Translations under genes and position numbers: made by a program | Part shown: one piece after another, positions 58,438 to 64,000 of the stretch | How the letters are laid out: each line of letters starts with the position of its first letter | How positions within the stretch are numbered: position 1 is the first letter of the stretch | Notes under the pieces: model-generated | Databases searched by the model: none | What the model saw: only the letters and a program-made list of their open reading frames with translations | Told to the model about the DNA's origin: nothing | Assembly (NCBI GenBank): GCA_963837955.1 | Contig: CAWIPH010000002.1 | Location: forward strand, 1,568,001 to 1,632,000 | DNA length: 64,000 nucleotides | Direction: 5' to 3' | Source of the DNA: an uncultured Verrucomicrobiae bacterium | Lineage (GTDB): Bacteria; Verrucomicrobiota; Verrucomicrobiia; Chthoniobacterales; JAFAMB01

Positions 58438-59673
58438 TTATGATTGCCGCCTGGCATTATCCGCTGCCGTTGCCAGCTGCATGGCGAATTTAAAGAAGTC
58501 CACTGATTGGCCGGCGAAGAGCAGGTCGTCCGTGAAGGACTTGACGGTGGCCACTGCACCTCCCAGTTGGGTGGAGGTAGGGCGGATCACCGAACAGGGA
58601 GGCAGGTCGGTTCGAATGAAGTCACATGGTTCCGGCTGGATCTTGTTGGTCTGGGTCAGCTCCAGCGCCGCCGCGGGGGTAACGGCATTGAGATTCGGGA
58701 ACGTTAACCCAGGATTTTCGGGGTCGGTCAAACCAGCCAAAGTTCCAGACACCGCATTACCCGCTTTGTCATGCCAAAGCGAAAAGTGGTCGATCTCGAC
58801 TCCGCCAATACTCAGCAAGATTCGCAAAACTTCCTCACTGGTTGCCTTGAGTGCGAGCGTAGGATAAAGGCTCGAGCCACCCTGCTCAATGAACGCGAAG
58901 TGAAATCCGGCAGTGTTAGCGATCGCTTGCATGCGGCGGGCGGTCGTTGTTGTTGGGGGGTTCGGTTGGGCCATGCCGGGAGGCGTATCCGTATCGTTTA
59001 AGGGAATACCCGGCTCATTCAAAATGTTAAATGGGCCCTTGAGGGAAGCTCCCAAATCGGGATTGTCGTCGCTACGGTATCGCGTATACCAACTGAGATC
59101 TACATTGAGCCGCAGAAGGTTTGTCAGTCGTTTGTGGATTTTGTTTGGATCGACCCCTGTGGCGGTACTGCCTGTTAAATTACGAAATGAATCAAGGTTG
59201 ACCGGCTCTGCTCCCTTAGAAATTAAGTAGGCGTTCAGGAAGGCTGCGTGGCTTAATTCATCATCAGTATTGTCGCTAATATACTGGGGCATGTCGCCAT
59301 CGAGATTTTGGAGCGCAAGTATGTAGGCCGGATTTCCGGTGTTCGGTGCGCCGTCGTTGGGTTTGGTGGCTCCGCCCAGCTCATTGTACTGTGTCCATAG
59401 ATCGCTCTCCACGATTTCCGCCCAGGCGGCGAATCTGAGAAGATCTGCATCTCCTTTGGTAAGTTTTCCACTGCTCTGCTCCTGCGCTCTGGCTTGACGC
59501 ATAAATATTGCACTGGCTGGCAGCAACGTTGCGCCGACAACGCCGAGGCCTTTGAGAAATGAGCGTCGCCCGACGGTGACATGATTGCGAGGTTCAGGCG
59601 GCCTTGACAGTTCTTGAAAAGGAAGGTGTTTCTCAGCTGACAAGTTAAGAGAGGGGTTTTCTTCTTTATTCAT
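58438..59673 (-). CDS. Tat-exported ferritin-like domain protein
   Basis: GRRSFLKG twin-arginine motif; E..E, DDELSH, IEQGG and VEIDH carboxylate/His motifs. Confidence 0.75.
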   Translation of the reverse strand: MNKEENPSLNLSAEKHLPFQELSRPPEPRNHVTVGRRSFLKGLGVVGATLLPASAIFMRQARAQEQSSGKLTKGDADLLRFAAWAEIVESDLWTQYNELGGATKPNDGAPNTGNPAYILALQNLDGDMPQYISDNTDDELSHAAFLNAYLISKGAEPVNLDSFRNLTGSTATGVDPNKIHKRLTNLLRLNVDLSWYTRYRSDDNPDLGASLKGPFNILNEPGIPLNDTDTPPGMAQPNPPTTTTARRMQAIANTAGFHFAFIEQGGSSLYPTLALKATSEEVLRILLSIGGVEIDHFSLWHDKAGNAVSGTLAGLTDPENPGLTFPNLNAVTPAAALELTQTNKIQPEPCDFIRTDLPPCSVIRPTSTQLGGAVATVKSFTDDLLFAGQSVDFFKFAMQLATAADNARRQS

Positions 59674-59745
59674 ATTCTACGTTACGAGTTAGTTTTGTTA
59701 GGGTGAGCTCGTTCTATGAAATAACGAATTCGCCGTTATTGGTAT

Positions 59746-59772
59746 AAACCGGGCGACCAACTAATTTATTCC
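59746..59772 (-). promoter_or_regulatory. Putative ECF-sigma promoter GGAATAA-N15-GGTTT
   Basis: The same bipartite motif and spacing occur upstream of the ECF sigma gene (61441-61467). Confidence 0.6.
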
Positions 59773-60002
59773 TCGCAACTAACAAATACTGTTAGAAATG
59801 GAATTAGTTGCTCTCGTGCTGGACGCAAAGAGGCACGAACTGATCTTCGTAGTCACAATGTCGCCAAGTGTTCTTTCGGAAACAGAAGCCGAGTGGTTCC
59901 GCCTTCTTCAGTGGAGATCTGCTGTAGCGCGATCTCTTTCCCGAATTCCAGACTCAGCTAAGCAAGCCGCGGTACAACCGACTCCCCAACAATCACCGGT
60001 CC

Positions 60003-60770
60003 TCAAGAGTGTTCTTCTTGCTGAATTTTGACGAGTTCGAGAAGTGCACCGGGCGCAGCGTCGGATACAGCCCAACAATCGAAACCGTTCGCATTCCAAT
60101 AGACAAGATTGTAGCCCTGATAGTCGAATGATTTTTGTTGCGAGGCCGCCTCAGGATTTCGTTCGCGGCAGATGAACATGCTCACGTAGCGGTTCTTAAA
60201 GCGATAGACAAGAACCGCAACGTTGTTGCCTCTCACATAGTCAAGGCGGCCGCCGACCAACTTAAACCCTTGATCGGCAAAGTCGCGCACGGGTGGCGAG
60301 AAATTTATTTTACCGGCAAACCAAGGCTTTACGGTATGCTGGTCACTTGATTCGACATCCAGAAGATGCGTACCGATAAGCGACCGAATGTGATCTGATG
60401 CGACTTCTGCCACCAATGATGGCGTCTCGGTAGGAAGCAACCGCCCAATGTTCGCGTACAAGAACACTCCGAATACCGCGGCCGCAGCAACCGCGGCTGG
60501 AATCCAAGCGGCAGCCGGAAACGAAAGGATCTTTCTGGTCGGCCGAGACGAGAGTGCTAGTTTCTTGCGAATTTGGTCGGCGAAATCGTCGGGGGCTGCG
60601 TAGCGTAAATCCGGATCTGCAAGTCGACTGCGGAGCGCTACTCTCAGCTCATAGTGGGAACGGCAGCTGGCACAGATGCGAAGGTGCTGTTCGATCGCAA
60701 CGGTTTTCGTCAGATCAAGCTCATTGTCGAAGTAGGCATCGAGCAAGGTCAGTATCTCTTGGCAATTCAT
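60003..60770 (-). CDS. Zinc-finger (HxxxCxxC) transmembrane anti-sigma factor
   Basis: HLRICASC, a TM helix, SSDQHTVKPWF and LVGGRLDY. Confidence 0.9.
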   Translation of the reverse strand: MNCQEILTLLDAYFDNELDLTKTVAIEQHLRICASCRSHYELRVALRSRLADPDLRYAAPDDFADQIRKKLALSSRPTRKILSFPAAAWIPAAVAAAAVFGVFLYANIGRLLPTETPSLVAEVASDHIRSLIGTHLLDVESSDQHTVKPWFAGKINFSPPVRDFADQGFKLVGGRLDYVRGNNVAVLVYRFKNRYVSMFICRERNPEAASQQKSFDYQGYNLVYWNANGFDCWAVSDAAPGALLELVKIQQEEHS

Positions 60771-61432
60771 TCGTTCGCTCCTTCATCTTGGAGCAGGACG
60801 GCTAGTTGCCGCCTCGCCCGGGAGAGCCGCGACATCACCGTACCAACCGGCACGCCCGCTATGTCAGAGATCTCCTTGTAGGAAAATCCATCGAATTCTC
60901 GGAGAATAATCACGGTCTTGAATTCCAAAGGTAGAGCCTCAATCGCCTCCTGAATTCGCAATTTGGTTGAACTCTGCATTGCCAAAGCATTTGGGCTGGG
61001 TTTCGAGTCAGGAACTTCGGCAACCATCTCTTCATCGAGCGAGATGATACTGTGCTGCGACTCTCTGGCCCGTAAAGCGTCATAACAAACATTACGAACA
61101 ATCCGAAGTAGCCAGGCACGGCCACAGTCGCCGTGAAACGACTCAAAATAGCGAAAGGCCTTCAAGTAAGCGTCTTGAACAGCATCGCAGGCATCGGGTT
61201 CGTTTTTCATCATCCAGCGGGCCAGGTTGTATGCTTCCGGCATGATAGGCAGCATTTGATTTTCAAAGCGTATGCGGCGGCCTTGCTCATTCATCGCGTG
61301 CTGATCGGAATCCACAGCAACGATGATTTTATCGCCTGTCGCCTCACTCTCCGCGACCGCGCATCCACGGCAGTTCTTTTCTTTGTCGACCGCATAACCG
61401 CACGATGTCGCATAATCGGAAAGCAAGACCAC
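60767..61432 (-). CDS. ECF RNA polymerase sigma-70 factor
   Basis: AYNLARW, DAVQDAYLKAF, WLLRIVRN and GTVMSRLSRAR motifs; the true start is probably downstream (e.g. ATG 61294). Confidence 0.92.
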   Translation of the reverse strand: MVLLSDYATSCGYAVDKEKNCRGCAVAESEATGDKIIVAVDSDQHAMNEQGRRIRFENQMLPIMPEAYNLARWMMKNEPDACDAVQDAYLKAFRYFESFHGDCGRAWLLRIVRNVCYDALRARESQHSIISLDEEMVAEVPDSKPSPNALAMQSSTKLRIQEAIEALPLEFKTVIILREFDGFSYKEISDIAGVPVGTVMSRLSRARRQLAVLLQDEGANE

Positions 61433-61440
61433 AACTAGAA

Positions 61441-61467
61441 ATACCTGGTTTCAGAAAATCTTATTCC
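61441..61467 (-). promoter_or_regulatory. Putative autoregulatory ECF promoter GGAATAA-N15-GGTAT
   Basis: Matches the motif at 59746-59772. Confidence 0.6.
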
Positions 61468-61477
61468 CCGGAAACCG

Positions 61478-61800
61478 GTAGGGACGCGCTCCCGACTTCG
61501 CAAAGCCTACGTCGCGGCTGAATCCAAGATCATGCCTACCTGAAGGTTGGAGGGGGCGTGGTAATCCGGCGGCTGCCCATAGGCGTCAACATAAGAATGG
61601 TTTGCCTGCTCCATCGCCGGGAGGGCGCGCGTCCCCGCGCGCCGAGAAAACGATCTCTAACCTGGGGGAGGCAATTGAACCCTTGGTATACAAACGCGCT
61701 TGGGTCCGGCCACAACGGATCGCGGGGACGCGATCCCTCCCCGCGTTGGGTCACGCGGCCGCGGCGGCTGCCGGACGGAGGCAGCCCGCGCGTCCGCGTA
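61478..61800. repeat. REP-like palindrome cluster
   Basis: ggagggcgcgcgtccccgcgcgcc and inverted ggatcgcggggacgcgatccctcc; related to the palindrome at 14059-14082. Confidence 0.6.
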
Positions 61801-61993
61801 CGTTTCACCACGTCGTTCTGACTCAGGCGCTATCTGTCTCAAAGGACGATCGCGGGAATATATCCAACGACCGGCGGGTAGTTAACTATGGAGCTATTGA
61901 ATGCAATTGAACCAACACATAGAAAAAATGGACCGTCCGCGGAGCGGCGCTAAGATACTTAATGACCGTTGTTCCGGCTTCTTCTTCAACGAC

Positions 61994-62191
61994 ATGGGGC
62001 GAGCGGCGCTGTTAGCAGTGGCTTTCGGTGTAGCGGTCGTGCTGGCGACAGGTTGCTCCTCAACGGGCGGAGGTGTTAAGGCAGAACTGATAGCTCCGGT
62101 TACAAACGCCCCTCAGGATTCGGTTCCTGAGGACGACGGTTTCTACCACCCACCGCGGAGTCCCGGATTTAACGACTTAACTGGGAGTTAA
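61994..62191 (+). CDS. Small putative lipoprotein
   Basis: Hydrophobic signal ending in the lipobox-like LATGC. Confidence 0.5.
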   Translation: MGRAALLAVAFGVAVVLATGCSSTGGGVKAELIAPVTNAPQDSVPEDDGFYHPPRSPGFNDLTGS

Positions 62192-62498
62192 GAAGTCTAA
62201 TAGCAAGATGATCGCGAACCCAAGAAGCCTCTATTTTATGCAGTCATTTCCATTGTTCATCGTGGAGTCGCGGACGGCGAAGAGAAGACTCCTTAAAACG
62301 TTCGAATTGCCAGATGATTGCGGATCTCGACTGGAACGCAACGGCGTAGTTCAGGGTTGCGAAGAGCGACCTATCTCGCTGCCTAGACGGCTGCGGTGCT
62401 CTCAGATTCGAACTAGCGTTACCAGAATGGCTAACATGGCAAAGTCCGTTTGGAGGCGGACGTTCAGGCTCCGTCCATTAAGTTAGCGGCTGCAATTA

Positions 62499-63461
62499 TC
62501 ACTCCATAACGCGAATGGGCTGTCCATCTAACCATGCAAGTATGTTTTCCACGGTGTCACCGTAAAAGGTTTCGTAGATGCCTTTGGTCACATAACCTAT
62601 GTGCGGCGTCGTGATCGCGTTATCGATTGACCTGAAAGGATGGTCGAGCGGCAGCGGTTCAATGTTATACACGTCCACAGCGGCGCCTGCGATCATACGG
62701 TTCTTTAATGCGGTAACCAGCGCGCCTTCGGTGATCAACGGTGCCCGGGACGTGTTGATCAGGTAGGAGGTCGGTTTCATCAGCTCGAGCTCGGCTGCAC
62801 CAATGATACCAATCGTTCTTTGGCTCAGAACAAGATGAATCGTCACAATATCTGCCTCTCGGAACAACGCTTCCTTGGCAACTAGGCGGGCACCATGTTC
62901 TTCGGCCTTTTCGCGTGTCAGATTCTGGCTCCATGCAATCACGCTCATCCCGAACGCATGAGCGACTTTCGCGACCCCCGAACCGATATTGCCGAGCCCG
63001 ACGAGCCCGAGCGTCTTGCCGTGCAGACCATCGCCTACCGACAATTGCCAGCCGCCGCTTCGCACGGAAGCGTGTTCAGCGGGAAGATTGCGCACGAGAG
63101 CGTGGATCAGTGCCCAAGTCAGTTCCACCGTGGCGGTCGAGGAGTACCCGGTGCCGCATACTGTGATGCCGTGGTCTTTCGCCGCGGCAACATCGATCGA
63201 TGCGTTCCTCGACGCGTTGGAAGCGATCAGTTTGAGATTCGGGAGTTGTTCGATGATTGAGCGTGGTAATGGTGTGCGTTCCCGCATGACGCTGACCACC
63301 TCGAAGGGTTTCAGGCGCTCGACGAGCGCGGCAGGATCAGAAACATGATCGTTGAACACGGTAATTTGCGACCTGCCCTGGAGGCGGGACCAATCGGCAA
63401 GCTTCAACGCCACGTTTTGGTAATCGTCCAGAATCGCGATGTTGACGGTTTTCGTTTTCAT
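62499..63461 (-). CDS. D-2-hydroxyacid dehydrogenase family
   Basis: ILDDYQ, MRERT, GLVGLGNIG, INTSRA and TPHIGY motifs. Confidence 0.93.
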   Translation of the reverse strand: MKTKTVNIAILDDYQNVALKLADWSRLQGRSQITVFNDHVSDPAALVERLKPFEVVSVMRERTPLPRSIIEQLPNLKLIASNASRNASIDVAAAKDHGITVCGTGYSSTATVELTWALIHALVRNLPAEHASVRSGGWQLSVGDGLHGKTLGLVGLGNIGSGVAKVAHAFGMSVIAWSQNLTREKAEEHGARLVAKEALFREADIVTIHLVLSQRTIGIIGAAELELMKPTSYLINTSRAPLITEGALVTALKNRMIAGAAVDVYNIEPLPLDHPFRSIDNAITTPHIGYVTKGIYETFYGDTVENILAWLDGQPIRVME

Positions 63462-64000
63462 AATTTTTTCTCAACGAGGAGTCAGTTACGGCTGGTCAGT
63501 TGAACGCCTTTGGTTTGCTTGAGCAGGAAGACCATAACCGCGCTAATTAGTAGGACTCTGTTTGGGAATATAATCTAGAGTCGAGTAATCTCCGCAACCA
63601 TCCTTAATCTGTAACCACACTCCCGCTGGGATGGTCGCGCAGGAGGCAACCTGCTCAGGCGACACTGCCTGACGTTCGCGAAGGAAGCAATGACGCTGGA
63701 GAGTCCGTCATCTTCTCCTCAAGAAAATCGGGCCGGAGAGCGCTTCGAAGACTCGTCATATTTCTCACGTTTTGGGCGACGAAAGGTCGAGACAAGCCCG
63801 GTGGAGTTTAGAAACCGGATTCGCGAAAAGTACCAGAAGTTCATGCGATAGTCCCAGGTTTGGTATTTGGCTCCTTACTTCGATTGAGGAACCTTATCGC
63901 CCAGACAGGGAGGGCGGCAGCACGAGCTAGTTGACGCTGCCGCGTATTGTTCCTGAGCCGGAGGATCAGGCTACTAAATCCAGTCACGGATGGCCACCAA

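Noticed and set aside
63600..63830. Possible riboswitch upstream of the hydroxyacid dehydrogenase
   Set aside because: Several hairpins are present but none matches a consensus I can support; an Rfam search would be needed.

Overview
Bacterial chromosomal window; the gene content and repeat style suggest a soil Verrucomicrobiota (Chthoniobacterales-like) genome, which is an inference. Positions 1-17.9 kb are core genome: waaA (partial), a four-helix-bundle gene, rsmD, an AsmA-like gene, a lipid kinase, a rhomboid, glnE, an AddAB-like pair, a gluconolactonase and mdh. These are interspersed with GTAG-type REP-like palindromes and heptamer/nonamer micro-repeats. A tRNA-Lys(CTT) lies at 17905-17977 and its 3' end recurs at 38534-38551 and 58278-58309, delimiting two ~20 kb tandem accessory islands with no integrase visible. 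Island 1 is a decaying mosaic: a LytS kinase fused to a Tn3 transposase tail, LytTR/AraC/LysR/HxlR regulators, a duplicated DUF5069-like gene, reused 5' leaders, an IS256 scrap and a tRNA-Glu fragment. Island 2 carries a secreted glycoside hydrolase, a LanM/LanC fragment, a RES-Xre toxin-antitoxin pair, an AAA/STAND-TPR-PP2C protein, a three-gene ExbB/TolQ-ExbD-like membrane module and an AlsR-like rare-sugar ABC/catabolic operon. The three-gene membrane module is my best candidate for an uncharacterised system. Beyond the second att copy are a Tat-exported ferritin-like protein and an ECF sigma/anti-sigma pair that share a promoter-like motif. All family calls come from motif recognition by eye; no searches were run.
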